Source of the DNA: an uncultured delta proteobacterium
GTDB lineage: Bacteria; Desulfobacterota; Binatia; Binatales; Binataceae
Reading direction: 5' to 3'
NCBI GenBank assembly: GCA_963765675.1
Contig: CAVXXK010000003.1
Span: forward strand, 128,001-192,000
Length of the DNA stretch: 64,000 nt
Both the position numbers and the translations under genes were made by a program. Below are positions 49,817 to 60,590 of the stretch, one piece after another (position 1 is the first letter of the stretch; each line of letters begins with the position of its first letter). The notes under the pieces are model-generated. The model saw only the letters and a program-made list of their open reading frames with translations, ran no database searches and was not told the origin of the DNA.

Positions 49817-50002
49817 GCCGCCGGGACGGCGGCCCTACCGTCGGGACCGGCGTCTCGCCGGCCATTCAAATGCGCGACGATCTGTAGATGCGCGACTACT
49901 TGCAAATACGCCGCTACTTGTAAATGCGCGCCCCCTTTTGTCATTCCCGCGCGTGGCTGCCGCGCAAGAGCCTGTCCTGAGCAAGGTCGAAGGAAATCCC
50001 GG
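49817..50002. repeat. GTAG-type REP hairpins, an 18-bp tandem repeat and a partial GTCATT arm
   Basis: rc GGTAGGGCCGCCGTCCCGGCGGCC; 3.5 x 18 bp at 49868-49930; TGTCATTCCCGCGCG at 49939. Confidence 0.78.
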
Positions 50003-50044
50003 TCTGTCCGATTCACTACCGCACGTGGCATGCGGCACGCGCCC

Positions 50045-50767
50045 TCACACCAATGCGATGCCGCCGTCGATTACTAGCGTCGTCCCGGTGACGTAGCCGT
50101 TTTTCATCAGGAATAGGGCGGCGTCGGCAACCTCTTCGGCACGGCCCATTCTGCGGGCCGGGATACGACGGGTGTAGCTCTCGACGATCTGGTCTTTGCG
50201 CTCGCCCATGAACGAATCGATCAGCGGAGTGTCGATCAGGCCGGGGCGGATCGCGTTGACGCGGATCGGCGCGAGGTCCACCGCGAGCGATCGCGCAAGG
50301 CCCTCGACGGCGGCGCAGGAGGCCGAGCCGATCGCGGCACCGGGAATCGGACGTACCACCGTGGTGCCGGACATAAGGATGATCGAGCCGCCGTCGGTCA
50401 TCCGCTTACCGCCGTATTTGGCCGCGTACACCGCGCCCCAAAAACGCACGTCGAGCGCGGGCCGCATCGCGGCGACGTCCACGGTGAGCGCGGCGTCGGG
50501 GGTCACTCCGCCGGCGTTGGCGAAGATATGATCGACGCGATCGATCTTCTCGAACATCGCGCGAGTCCCCGCCTCGTCGGCCGCGTCGAGCACAACTCCG
50601 CGCACGTCTTCGCCGAGCTCGCGCACCGCGCCGTCCAGTCGCTCGCGCGAGCGCCCGGTGATCACCACGACGGCGCGCTCGGCGTGCGCGGCCTTGGCTG
50701 TTGCCAGCCCGATACCGGAGCTTCCACCCAGGATAACCACGGTTCTGCCGTTGAGGTTGACTGCCAT
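50045..50767 (-). CDS. SDR oxidoreductase
   Basis: GGSSGIG, RVNAIRPG.IDTP, VTG..L.IDGG. Confidence 0.88.
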   Translation of the reverse strand: MAVNLNGRTVVILGGSSGIGLATAKAAHAERAVVVITGRSRERLDGAVRELGEDVRGVVLDAADEAGTRAMFEKIDRVDHIFANAGGVTPDAALTVDVAAMRPALDVRFWGAVYAAKYGGKRMTDGGSIILMSGTTVVRPIPGAAIGSASCAAVEGLARSLAVDLAPIRVNAIRPGLIDTPLIDSFMGERKDQIVESYTRRIPARRMGRAEEVADAALFLMKNGYVTGTTLVIDGGIALV

Positions 50768-50780
50768 GACGATGAACCGG

Positions 50781-51548
50781 CTAGCGCGGACCCATCCGCA
50801 GCGCGCCGTCGAGGCGAATCGTCTCGCCGTTGAGCATCGCGTTCTCGACGATATGACGCGCGAGTGCGGCGTACTCTCGCGGCTGGCCGAGGCGCTGCGG
50901 AAACGGAATCTGCGCGGCGAGAGCCTTGCGCGCGACATCCGGCAGTCCCGCGAGCATCGGAGTCTCGAAAGTGCCCGGCGCGATCGTGCATACGCGGATT
51001 CCGAGCGAGGAGAGATCGCGCGCGATCGGCAGCGTCATCCCGACCACGCCGCCTTTCGACGCCGAGTAGGCGGCCTGCCCTATCTGTCCGTCGAACGCTG
51101 CGACCGACGCGGTGTTGACGATCACGCCGCGCTCGCCGTCGGCGTTGGGCTGATTCTTCGCCATCGCGGCCGCGGCCAGACGGATCACATTGAAGGTGCC
51201 GACCAGGTTCACCTGGATCACCTTGTTGAACAGGTCGAGCGAATGCGGCCCTTCCTTGGTGATCGTGCGCATCGCGCGGCCGATACCGGCGCAGTTGATC
51301 GCGATATGAATCGCGCCGAACTTGGCGAGCGCCTTTGCGACCGCGTCGGCGACTTCTTTGTCCGAGACGACATCGGCCGGCGTGAAGAGTCCGTTCGCGC
51401 CGAGCGACTCGGCGACCTTTTGTCCGGGCGACACCGGCAGATCGAGGATCACGGCCTTGGCGCCGCCGGAAACGAGCTCGCGCACGGTAGCCTCGCCCAG
51501 TCCCGAGCCGCCGCCAGAGACAAGCGCAACAGTATCTTTGAGATGCAT
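50781..51548 (-). CDS. 3-hydroxyacyl-CoA dehydrogenase type II (HSD17B10-like SDR)
   Basis: [41 protein letters not shown]. Confidence 0.92.
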   Translation of the reverse strand: MHLKDTVALVSGGGSGLGEATVRELVSGGAKAVILDLPVSPGQKVAESLGANGLFTPADVVSDKEVADAVAKALAKFGAIHIAINCAGIGRAMRTITKEGPHSLDLFNKVIQVNLVGTFNVIRLAAAAMAKNQPNADGERGVIVNTASVAAFDGQIGQAAYSASKGGVVGMTLPIARDLSSLGIRVCTIAPGTFETPMLAGLPDVARKALAAQIPFPQRLGQPREYAALARHIVENAMLNGETIRLDGALRMGPR

Positions 51549-51679
51549 GACAACCTCGTCGAGAAAATCTGCGGACTCGAAAAAGCTACGACCGGTCTCG
51601 CTGCAATGCAACCGCGCTGGCCAGTTAATTCCCTCTCCCAATCTGGAGGCTGTCGATTTTCTCGCAGATCGCCCGCTGC

Positions 51680-51824
51680 TGTCATCCTGAGCCGCAGGCG
51701 AAGGATCTCCGCGAAGCGATTAGTGCAACCGTTCCCGGCTATTCGCACTAATCGCTTCGCGGAGATCCTTCACAGAGCCTGCCCTGAGCAACGCCGAAAG
51801 GGGCAGCCTTCGTTCAGGATGACG
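51680..51824. repeat. GTCATCCTGAG..TCAGGATGAC palindromic element
   Basis: 27-bp perfect stem 51700-51726 / 51745-51771; carries the AGAGCCTG module. Confidence 0.88.
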
Positions 51825-51894
51825 GACAAGAACTCGCTATTTATCGACAGCCTCAATCTGGTTGGGAGAGGGACGCTCAAAGAAGCGCGCGCTT

Positions 51895-52746
51895 TCATCG
51901 ACGGTCGTTCTCTGCCGACCGCTCCGGAAGATCGGGAGGCGGTACGCGATGGCCCGCTTTCAGAATCGGGAACTGGCGATCGGGCGCGTCGCAGTTAATC
52001 CCTGCCGGCATCACCAACGCGCCTTCGGGAGCGTATTGCAGAATATAACTCTTGCGCACCGACTTGGTGGTGTTCGGTCCCGTGCGATGCGGCGTCAGCG
52101 AAGTGAACACCACGATATCTCCGGCGCGCACCGGCGCGGGCGTCGCCTCGGGACCATCCTCTTCGCGGCAGACGAATCCCAGGCCGGTCAGCCGATGCTC
52201 GAGCGTGCCGCGCAGATGGCCGCCGGGGATGACCCAGGGGCATCCGTTGTCGACCGTCGCGTCGGTTAGCGCGATCCAGCAAGTCAGGTACGCCTGCGGC
52301 TCGATGTAGGTGTAGCCGTTGTCCTGATGCCACGGGAAAGGTTTCGGATACTCGGGCTTCTTGTACACCGCCTGGTCCCAATAGAGGCGGACGTCGGGCC
52401 CGATCAGATCGAAGCATAGGTCGGCGAAGAGCTGGCTCGCGGCGAATTCGCGAATCACGCGCGACTGCCTGACGAGATGCGTGGTGAAAGTGATTCCGTC
52501 GGCTTGCGCAATAAAAACCTTGCCGCCGGGCGCATTGCGAAGCGCATTCTCGAATTTTGCTTCCCACGGATCGATCGCCGCGGTCACGCGCTCGAGGGTC
52601 TCGCGATCGATCGCGCGCTCCAGGATGAAGAAGCCGCGTTCGTCGTAGGAGCGCGCCTGCTCATCGGTGATAACCCGGAACGGTCCGCGGTGTGACGTCC
52701 ACTTGAAGCCGTGATTTTGAGGATGAAGTTTGATTTCGCCGTTCAT
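51895..52746 (-). CDS. PhyH-family Fe(II)/2OG dioxygenase
   Basis: WHQDNGY, WIALTDA...NGC, TPH.TGPN...R. Confidence 0.9.
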   Translation of the reverse strand: MNGEIKLHPQNHGFKWTSHRGPFRVITDEQARSYDERGFFILERAIDRETLERVTAAIDPWEAKFENALRNAPGGKVFIAQADGITFTTHLVRQSRVIREFAASQLFADLCFDLIGPDVRLYWDQAVYKKPEYPKPFPWHQDNGYTYIEPQAYLTCWIALTDATVDNGCPWVIPGGHLRGTLEHRLTGLGFVCREEDGPEATPAPVRAGDIVVFTSLTPHRTGPNTTKSVRKSYILQYAPEGALVMPAGINCDAPDRQFPILKAGHRVPPPDLPERSAENDRR

Positions 52747-52804
52747 GCGCTAATCCTCTGCGCCAATGCTGCCGCTCAGTGTATCACTGCGGCGCGATAC
52801 GAAC

Positions 52805-54847
52805 TCACGCGGCGGCTGGAACGCCGGTCAGCAGGCGGCGGGCGGCTTCGACGCGCTCGCGCGGGCCTACGATTTCAATCACGTCGCCCTCACCCAGCAC
52901 TTCCTCGCCCGAGGGGACGACTACCGGTCCGGCGTTGCGCGCGATCGCGATCGCGGTGGCGCCGGTCGCGGCGCGCAGATCGATCTCGGCAAGGGTTCTG
53001 CCGATCGCGGCGGCTCCCGCGCCAAGCACGATCGGCGTGACGGTTCCGAGGCCGGGAACCTCGTGCGGAGAATTGCGGTTGGTGGCGAACGCGGCCGCGA
53101 TCAGATCGGCGACGGCGCCCAGATTGCCGTGCAGCTTGCGCGCACTGCGCCAGATGACGAACACCATCAGTACGACGCCGATCACAATCGCGCCGATTCC
53201 TTCGACCGGTTCGAGAAACGGCTGCACGATCGCGAGCAGCGGCATCACCGTCACCAGCAGAATCGTCGCGTGCAGTACTGCGACGAGCGCTTCTGCCGCG
53301 GGAGAGGCCGCCGCGCCCGAGCCCGCGGGAAAAGCGCGCGCCGCGATCGCCCGCGCGATCTTGCGCGCGCCGAGATACATCGCGTAGCCGAACGGCGCAC
53401 AGATGATCAGCGCGACAAAATCGACCGACAATCCCGCTTCGAAATATGAAGTATGGATCCACTGCTGCGCCAGGTCAGTGACCCCGTATGGATCCGCCTC
53501 GTTGAAAATGAGAATCCCCGCGATTGCGATCGCTCCGGAGCAGAGCAGCGCCATTCCCCATAGGAGCGTGCGGCTCTGCGCTCCGCGGTGATAGGTGCGT
53601 TCCATCAACGAGTCGTAGATCACCTGCAGCGAGCCCAAGCGCTGCGGGATAAGCTTGCGGGCGACAAAATCTCCGAGCGGTCCGGAAGCGCGGATCATGA
53701 AGGGCGTGGTGAAGGTGGTGATCGCGGAGACCGCGACCGCGAGCGTGTAAATGAACTCGCGGGTCGCGTGGGTCTGGATTCCGACTCCCGCAATGATGAA
53801 CGAAAACTCGCCGATTTGGGTCAGGCTCATCCCGGCGCGCACCGAGGTCCGCACGCCCGCACCCGAGAGCAGCGACGCGATCGTCACGGCAAAGAGCTTT
53901 CCTACGATCACCGCAACCACCAGCAGCGAGAGCGCGCGCCAGTGTTCGCCGATAAGCAGCGGATCGATCATCATCCCGACCGAGACAAAGAATACCGCTG
54001 CAAAGATATCGCGCACCGGCGCGACCAGGTGCTCGATGCTGGCGATATCGCCCGATTCGGCCACCAGCGAGCCCGCCAGAAACGCGCCCAGCGCGACGGA
54101 ATATCCGGCGCGCTCCGCGATGATCGCGAAGATAAAACAAATTCCGATACTGGCGACCAGCGTCGTCTCGGCGCGGCCGATACGCACGATCTGGCGGATG
54201 CTCCACGGCACGACCAGCAATCCGCCGCCTACCAGCGCGACCAAAAAAATCGCAAGCTTGCCGACTACCGATACCATCATCCCGGTGCTGAGACCGGCGC
54301 CCGCCGCGAGCGCGGTCAGGACCGCCAGCAGCATCACGGCGGTCAGGTCTTCAGCCAGCAGGACCCCGAAGACCAGCTCGCGGACGCCCTGGGGAATCTG
54401 CTCTTCGCCATAGGCCTTGGCGACGACGGTCGTGCTCGAGATCGAAAGAAACGCGCCGGTGAAAATACATTCGAGCCGCGTCCATCCCATGAGCTTCCCG
54501 ACCATGTAGCCGAGCCACAGCATCAGGCCGACTTGCAACGCAGTCACGAAGGCGGAAGTCGGTCCGAGCTGGACCAGCTTGCGGATGCGGAACTCGAGTC
54601 CGAGCGCGAACATCAGGAGGATCACGCCGAGCTCGGAGAGCGTGTGGATTCGATCGGGACTGGCGAAAAGGATCGGCGTGTAGGGACCGACGATCACGCC
54701 CGCCACCAGGTAGCCGACCACGACCGGCTGGCGGATTTTCTGGAATACAACGGTGGTGATCGCGGCGACACCGAGCACCAGGCCGAGATCTTCAAGGATA
54801 TTGTGCGAGGCAAGGATCATCCGAGGTTGGGAGATGATAGCGGGCAT
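52805..54847 (-). CDS. CPA2 cation:proton antiporter with TrkA-C domain
   Basis: ELGV.LLMF.LGLEF, SSTT, ALGAFLAG, QIGEFSF, C-terminal G.TLAEIDLR..TG. Confidence 0.9.
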   Translation of the reverse strand: MPAIISQPRMILASHNILEDLGLVLGVAAITTVVFQKIRQPVVVGYLVAGVIVGPYTPILFASPDRIHTLSELGVILLMFALGLEFRIRKLVQLGPTSAFVTALQVGLMLWLGYMVGKLMGWTRLECIFTGAFLSISSTTVVAKAYGEEQIPQGVRELVFGVLLAEDLTAVMLLAVLTALAAGAGLSTGMMVSVVGKLAIFLVALVGGGLLVVPWSIRQIVRIGRAETTLVASIGICFIFAIIAERAGYSVALGAFLAGSLVAESGDIASIEHLVAPVRDIFAAVFFVSVGMMIDPLLIGEHWRALSLLVVAVIVGKLFAVTIASLLSGAGVRTSVRAGMSLTQIGEFSFIIAGVGIQTHATREFIYTLAVAVSAITTFTTPFMIRASGPLGDFVARKLIPQRLGSLQVIYDSLMERTYHRGAQSRTLLWGMALLCSGAIAIAGILIFNEADPYGVTDLAQQWIHTSYFEAGLSVDFVALIICAPFGYAMYLGARKIARAIAARAFPAGSGAAASPAAEALVAVLHATILLVTVMPLLAIVQPFLEPVEGIGAIVIGVVLMVFVIWRSARKLHGNLGAVADLIAAAFATNRNSPHEVPGLGTVTPIVLGAGAAAIGRTLAEIDLRAATGATAIAIARNAGPVVVPSGEEVLGEGDVIEIVGPRERVEAARRLLTGVPAAA

Positions 54848-54958
54848 CGGGCAGCGCGCGACAGACGCGCCGGCACAGCCGCAGAGTCGGTATGATCACG
54901 AGCCAGTTGAAATGCAGATCGCAGGGCGTGCGCGTACTCACGGGTCCGCCCGCCCGGT

Positions 54959-56122
54959 TCATTTCAAGTCGCTCACGCGTGGCAGCACCTTGGTCCAGAA
55001 CAGCTCGATCGTTTTCATCAGGCGGTCGTGCGGCATAAGGCCATTGTACATCCAGGCAAAGATCCATCTGATCGGCAGGCGCTTCAGCAGATGCTCAACC
55101 TGGCGCGTAACGGTATCGACGGTGCCGACGAACGCGAGTCCGTTGGACCACAGGTCGGCGGCCTCGCCGGTCTTCGGATCCTCGAGTCCTTTCGAGAAGC
55201 CGAACGGCTCGAACCATTCGTGGCCGCAGAAGTAACCGCTCTCATGCCAGATCGCGCGCGCCTCTTCGTCGCTGTCGGCGATCACGATATCGCGCAGCAC
55301 GCCCATCCCGTCGCCGAGCGGACGTTTTGATACGTCCGCATAGACCTCGCACAGGTGATGCTCGAGGTCCGGATGCAGGGGAGGCAGAATCGCGGTGACG
55401 CCTTCTTGCGCGCACCACCTGATGCTGCGCTCGGAGGACGCGAACGGCTGGAAGATCGGGGGATGCGGCTTCTGCACCGGTTTGGGCACGACCGAGACCG
55501 CGCGCACGATTCCGTTTTCGACCCCGCCGCCCCATTTGACCGTCGCGTCGATATTCCACGGCGTGGGGCCGGCTGGAACGCGCCAATACTTGCCCTCATA
55601 GGTGAGAAAATCCTCGGTCCAGGCTTTCTTGATGATGCGGAAATTTTCCTCGAACGCCGCGCGATTGGCGGCGTCGATCTCGTCGTGCTGATGCGGCTGC
55701 GCCCCGTGAATCCCGTGCGTCTGCTGCGCCATGATATCGACCCACCTTCGCTGATAGCCGCGCGCGAAGCCCGCGTTGGCGCGGCCACCGGTCATGTGGT
55801 CGAGCATCGCAATATCCTCGGCAACGCGAATCGGATTCTGCGACGGCAGCACGATCCCAAGCTGCCCCACCCGCAGCCGCTTGGTCTGCATCCCGATGAA
55901 CAGATCGAGCAGCACCGGATTGTTCGAGAGCTCGAAGCCTTCGACGTGGAAGTGATGCTCGGTGAAGCTCATCGAGTCGTAGCCAAGGTCGTCGGCAAGG
56001 CGCGCCTGCGCGGAGAGCTCGCGCAGCATCTGGTCGTAGAGCGCGCCGTTAAGTCCGACGCGGCCTTTTTCGATATCAGATTTGCTTCCGACTGACGGCA
56101 GGTAGAACAGAGAAACTTTCAT
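54959..56122 (-). CDS. Luciferase-like (LLM) flavin-dependent monooxygenase
   Basis: FTEHHF, P.RVAEDIAMLD, GFARGYQ, PKPVQKPHPP. Confidence 0.9.
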   Translation of the reverse strand: MKVSLFYLPSVGSKSDIEKGRVGLNGALYDQMLRELSAQARLADDLGYDSMSFTEHHFHVEGFELSNNPVLLDLFIGMQTKRLRVGQLGIVLPSQNPIRVAEDIAMLDHMTGGRANAGFARGYQRRWVDIMAQQTHGIHGAQPHQHDEIDAANRAAFEENFRIIKKAWTEDFLTYEGKYWRVPAGPTPWNIDATVKWGGGVENGIVRAVSVVPKPVQKPHPPIFQPFASSERSIRWCAQEGVTAILPPLHPDLEHHLCEVYADVSKRPLGDGMGVLRDIVIADSDEEARAIWHESGYFCGHEWFEPFGFSKGLEDPKTGEAADLWSNGLAFVGTVDTVTRQVEHLLKRLPIRWIFAWMYNGLMPHDRLMKTIELFWTKVLPRVSDLK

Positions 56123-56198
56123 CGTGATTTCACTCCGAAGCCGACTCTAGGATTTAGTGCCCGCGCGCGGCAAGCAGCAGCGGCCTCGTCCAGGCGTT

Positions 56199-56597
56199 TC
56201 AGGGCGACTGAGCAGATCCCCTGCGGGGAGGGACCAGCCAGAGTGTCAGGACGATGGCGAGGGTGAAGACGGCGTAGAGCGCGACGAATACCCATCGGGG
56301 CGCGCTAAAAAAGATCAGGCGGTCGAGCCAATAGCCGATGAAGGCGCCAGCGTAGCCTGACTGGCTCGCCCTGGCGCGCAGGAAATTCTCGAGCGTCGTC
56401 AGCGGGCACGCTACTCCTAAAATCGATTCGGCCAGCACCAGCGCGATCGCTGCCAGATGCGCGGCACGAAACCAGACGTTTCTGACCCATCGCCATCCGG
56501 CCGCCCCGCCAATCAGTATCGCCGCGAGTCCCAGCACTACGAATGCTACGTATGCGAAGTGGAACGCTACGACCAGGTTCGCGAGTATCACCATCAT
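56199..56597 (-). CDS. DUF2784-like membrane protein
   Basis: H.AYV.FVV.G, WFR..HL, CPLT.LE..LR. Confidence 0.8.
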   Translation of the reverse strand: MMVILANLVVAFHFAYVAFVVLGLAAILIGGAAGWRWVRNVWFRAAHLAAIALVLAESILGVACPLTTLENFLRARASQSGYAGAFIGYWLDRLIFFSAPRWVFVALYAVFTLAIVLTLWLVPPRRGSAQSP

Positions 56598-56670
56598 CGT
56601 TTCGCTTCCCAGAAGATTGTCGTAGCACCATATGCAATGATATTCGCTATATATCCGGAGGTAATTCGCG

Positions 56671-57561
56671 ATGTCCAAGCAGCAGCTTGATTCACTCATC
56701 CAGATGCTCAAGGCGCAGCCAATCGATCCCAACGCAACGGTCGAAAAGACTCGCGCCGGATTCGAGCAGATGACCGTCATGTTGCCGGTCGAAGCCGACG
56801 TCAAATGCGAACCGGTCAGCGCCGGCGGCGTGAAGGCAGAATGGATATCCGCGCCGGGAGCGGATGCGGGCCGAGCCATTCTTTATCTGCACGGTGGTGG
56901 TTACGTTATCGGCTCGATCAATACGCATCGAGCGATTTCCGGGCGCATCTCGCGCGCGGCTAAAGCGCGCGTCCTGCTGATCGATTATCGCCTCGCACCC
57001 GAGCATCCGTTTCCAGCCGCGGTCGAGGATTCCGTCGCCGCCTATCGCTATCTGCTCGCGCAGGGAATCCGTCCCGGGCGGCTCGCCATCGCAGGCGACT
57101 CGGCGGGCGGAGGACTCACGATCGCGACGCTGGTCGCGATCAAGGAAGCGAAACTGCCGATGCCGGCGGCAGGCGTGGGGTTGTCGCCGTGGGTCGATCT
57201 GGAAGGAATCGGCGAGTCGATGACGACCAAGGACAAGGTCGATCCGATGGTGCATAAGGACGGGCTGGTTTCGATGGCGGCCGCATACCTGGCCGGAAAA
57301 AATCCGCGCACTCCGCTGGCCGCGCCGTTGTATGCCGATTTGAGCGGGCTGCCTCCGCTGCTGATCCAGGTCGGCACCGCCGAGACGCTACTGGACGATT
57401 CAACACGGCTGGCCGAGCGGGCGCGCAAATCGGGCGTGAACGTCACGCTCGAGCCGTGGGAAAACATGATCCACGTGTGGCAGGCGTTCGCACCAATCCT
57501 CGATGAGGGCCAGCAGGCGATCGAGAAGATCGGCGCGTTCGTTTTGAAGCATACCGCGTAG
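56671..57561 (+). CDS. HSL-family alpha/beta hydrolase (esterase)
   Basis: HGGGY, YRLAPEHPFPAA, GDSAGG, HVW. Confidence 0.92.
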   Translation: MSKQQLDSLIQMLKAQPIDPNATVEKTRAGFEQMTVMLPVEADVKCEPVSAGGVKAEWISAPGADAGRAILYLHGGGYVIGSINTHRAISGRISRAAKARVLLIDYRLAPEHPFPAAVEDSVAAYRYLLAQGIRPGRLAIAGDSAGGGLTIATLVAIKEAKLPMPAAGVGLSPWVDLEGIGESMTTKDKVDPMVHKDGLVSMAAAYLAGKNPRTPLAAPLYADLSGLPPLLIQVGTAETLLDDSTRLAERARKSGVNVTLEPWENMIHVWQAFAPILDEGQQAIEKIGAFVLKHTA

Positions 57562-57572
57562 CCACTTAAGCA

Positions 57573-58283
57573 ATGGGTGAGATGGCCGCGCGCGTTGGCG
57601 CGCTCGATTGGAAACGGATCGAGCGCGAACTCGACGCGCGCGGCTATGCACTCACCGATCGGATCCTCGCGCCGGTTGAATGCGCGGCGACTATCGCGCT
57701 CTATCCCGAGCGCGAGAAATTCCGCAGCCGGGTCGAGATGGCGCGGCATGGCTACGGCGTCGGGGACTACAAATATTTCGCCTATCCGCTGCCCGCGGAA
57801 ATTGCGGAGTTGCGTGCGGCGCTCTATCGCCGGCTCGCGCCGATCGCGAACAGGTGGGCCAAAGAGATGCGGCTCGGCGCCGAGTATCCCGCCTCGCTCA
57901 AGAGCTTCGTCGCGCTGTGCCATGCGCACGGGCAGAACCGCCCTACACCGCTGATGCTCCGGTACGACGCGGGTGGCTACAACTGCCTGCATCAGGATTT
58001 GTACGGCGAGATCGCCTTTCCGCTTCAATTTACCTGCACGCTCAATGATCGCGGACGCGATTTCGACGGCGGCGAGCTGCTGATAGTCGAGCAGCGACCG
58101 CGCGCGCAGTCGCGAGGCGAGGCGATCGCGGCGGATGCCGGATGCGGCGTCATCTTCGCCAACCGGTATCGTCCCGCCGTGAGCGCGCGCGGGCATTATC
58201 GCCTGAACGTCAGACACGGCGTCAGCACCGTGACGCGCGGCGAGCGCTACGCGCTCGGGATCATTTTTCACGACGCGAAATAG
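57573..58283 (+). CDS. 2OG-Fe(II) oxygenase (DUF2086-like)
   Basis: RPTPL.L.Y, CLHQDLYG...FP, EQRPRAQSR, RHGVS, GIIFHDA. Confidence 0.88.
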   Translation: MGEMAARVGALDWKRIERELDARGYALTDRILAPVECAATIALYPEREKFRSRVEMARHGYGVGDYKYFAYPLPAEIAELRAALYRRLAPIANRWAKEMRLGAEYPASLKSFVALCHAHGQNRPTPLMLRYDAGGYNCLHQDLYGEIAFPLQFTCTLNDRGRDFDGGELLIVEQRPRAQSRGEAIAADAGCGVIFANRYRPAVSARGHYRLNVRHGVSTVTRGERYALGIIFHDAK

Positions 58284-58289
58284 AATCGA

Positions 58290-59984
58290 TCAGGGCGCTT
58301 GGTCGGGATCGCGGACACCGCTCACCGCCATCTGGGCGAAAAATTCGGCGTTGGCGCCGTCGAGGCTTTGCGCCGATACCTGATGCGTGACCGCTGGCGG
58401 ATTGGCGCCAATGTGAAACGCGAAGACGCCGTTCAAGATGAACAAGTCGGCAGCGGTCACCCGCTGATGCTGTCGCAGATGCTCGAGCCATGATTCGACG
58501 ACGAAGTACTCGACGAAGCGGCCTGGCGCCGCGGCGTCAAAGAACATCCCCCAGAAAGTCGCGCCATCGCGGCGGCGAATCTCGCGCAGCGCGCGCGAGG
58601 TGCGCTCGAACTCGACCGCACGCTCCGGATCGATCAGATACTCGACCGTGATCAGCACCGGACCGCTATCCGGATCGATTGCGTGCGCGACGTCAGGCAT
58701 CGGTCGGGATACCAGCGCAAGATTCAACTCGGCATCGGTCGCCAGCCGGTACCAGAACCGCGTGCCGAGGCCGAGCAAAATTGCCGCCGCGCCGCCGAAC
58801 AGCGCCTCGGGCAGTCCGATTCGCTCGGCCGCGTATCCCCACATCACACCGCCGAGCGCCATCCCGCCCTGCACGATCATCTGGTAGGTGGCGAGCGCGC
58901 GGCCCTGCACCCACGCCGGGACCGAGAGCTGTGCGGCGACGTTGAGCGTCGCCATCGCGATCGTCCACGCCGCTCCGCCGATCGTCAACGCGGCGCACGC
59001 CAGCACCAGATTATGCGTCGGCGCGAGCGCGGCGGTGGCCCCTGCCACGACGATCACGGCGTCGAAGACGACGCGATCGCGCGAGAAACGGCGTCCGATG
59101 CGCGGCATCAGCATCCCGCCGACGATCGCGCCGCCGCCGAAAAATCCGAGCAGCATCCCGTAGCCGGCCGCACCGAGACCGAGCGACCATCGTGCGACCG
59201 AAGGCAGGACGGCCCACAGAGTGCTGGCGCCGAAAATGAAGGCCGCGGTCTGAACCAGCACGGCGCGCAGCTTGGTGTCATAGCGGACATAGCGCGCGCC
59301 CGCCCGGATCGCGCCCATCACGCGCTCGGCGGGAAGCACTGCCGGACGTGCGACGCGGCGCCATTGGTACAGCACAGCCATCACACCCAGAAATGAGAGC
59401 GCATTGAGCAGGAAGGTGGGACCGATGCCGGCGGTGGCGACGACCAGACCGCCGATCGCGGGACCGATTGCACGGGCGACGTTGTAGTTGATCCCGTTGA
59501 GCGAGATCGCCGCGGTCAAGTCCTCGCGTCCGACCAGCTCCGGAATGATTGCCTGCCAGGCTGGCGCGTTGAGCGCCGATCCGATTCCGAGCGCGAAGCT
59601 GAGTGCGAGCAGAGTCCATGGCGACACCGCGTGCGTGAGGGTCAGAAAGCCGAGTGCGCCCGCGGCCGCGAGCATCCAGGCTTGCGAGAAAATCAACAGA
59701 CGCCTGCGATCGACGATATCGGCCAGCGCACCCGCCGGCAGCGCGAGCAAAAGGATCGGCAGGCTCGACGCGGTCTGGATAAGCGCAACCATCATCGGCG
59801 ACGGCGTGAGCGTGGTCATCAGCCACGCGGCCCCGACATTTTGCATCCAGGTGCCGATATTGGAGACCAGCGCGGCGACCCACAGCGCGAAGAAAATCCG
59901 CAGGTGAAACGGGCGCAAGATCGATACGGCAGGCCTGGCTTCGGGAACCGGCCGCGGACCGCCATAGGTTACGAATCCACTCAT
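58290..59984 (-). CDS. MFS transporter (MFS_3) with C-terminal cytoplasmic domain
   Basis: SNIGTWMQ.VGAAWLM, GALAD..DRRR, PAWQA, ESWLEHLRQH.R. Confidence 0.9.
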   Translation of the reverse strand: MSGFVTYGGPRPVPEARPAVSILRPFHLRIFFALWVAALVSNIGTWMQNVGAAWLMTTLTPSPMMVALIQTASSLPILLLALPAGALADIVDRRRLLIFSQAWMLAAAGALGFLTLTHAVSPWTLLALSFALGIGSALNAPAWQAIIPELVGREDLTAAISLNGINYNVARAIGPAIGGLVVATAGIGPTFLLNALSFLGVMAVLYQWRRVARPAVLPAERVMGAIRAGARYVRYDTKLRAVLVQTAAFIFGASTLWAVLPSVARWSLGLGAAGYGMLLGFFGGGAIVGGMLMPRIGRRFSRDRVVFDAVIVVAGATAALAPTHNLVLACAALTIGGAAWTIAMATLNVAAQLSVPAWVQGRALATYQMIVQGGMALGGVMWGYAAERIGLPEALFGGAAAILLGLGTRFWYRLATDAELNLALVSRPMPDVAHAIDPDSGPVLITVEYLIDPERAVEFERTSRALREIRRRDGATFWGMFFDAAAPGRFVEYFVVESWLEHLRQHQRVTAADLFILNGVFAFHIGANPPAVTHQVSAQSLDGANAEFFAQMAVSGVRDPDQAP

Positions 59985-60091
59985 CGGAAAAACGCCGATT
60001 CGATTGTGACGAGCCCCTCGCCTCGAACCAAGCCGGAAGGTACGCAACAAATTATATTGATCTTCTGTACCAGCGGGCTTACGCTTCAAAA

Positions 60092-60568
60092 ATGGGCGCA
60101 CAACTCTCCGACCGGGCTACCGAAGCGATAGCAGACCAGGAGAGCGATCCCATCGCAGCACCCCCTGCGAGTGCGGCGGTAAACGCAATAGAGAAGACCG
60201 GGATGCGGGTGCTTATCGTCGATGATGACGAAGATTCGGCGATTGTCATGGCCGAGGCACTGGAATTGAAAGGCCACGTTACCGCTACATCGTTCGATGC
60301 GGCAAAGACGTTAGAAGTCGTTTCACGATTTTCCCCGGATGTGATTCTGCTCGATATCGGACTGCCGATCGTCAACGGGTACGAATTGGCGCAAAGGCTC
60401 AGGCAGATGCCCGAACTCGGGTCGGCGCGGCTGTTCGCGGTCACCGGCTATAGCCAGGAATCGTACCGTAAACGAGCCATGGATTGCGGGTTCGACCAGC
60501 ATATTACCAAACCGATTGAACTCGAGGCCTTGGACTCGCTCATACGCCGCAAGGCCGAATCCGCCTGA
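60092..60568 (+). CDS. Stand-alone response regulator (REC)
   Basis: VLIVDDD, LLDIGLP..NGYELA, AVTGY, GFD.H.TKP. Confidence 0.88.
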   Translation: MGAQLSDRATEAIADQESDPIAAPPASAAVNAIEKTGMRVLIVDDDEDSAIVMAEALELKGHVTATSFDAAKTLEVVSRFSPDVILLDIGLPIVNGYELAQRLRQMPELGSARLFAVTGYSQESYRKRAMDCGFDQHITKPIELEALDSLIRRKAESA

Positions 60569-60590
60569 GTATCCAAATCGATCGGGCGGG

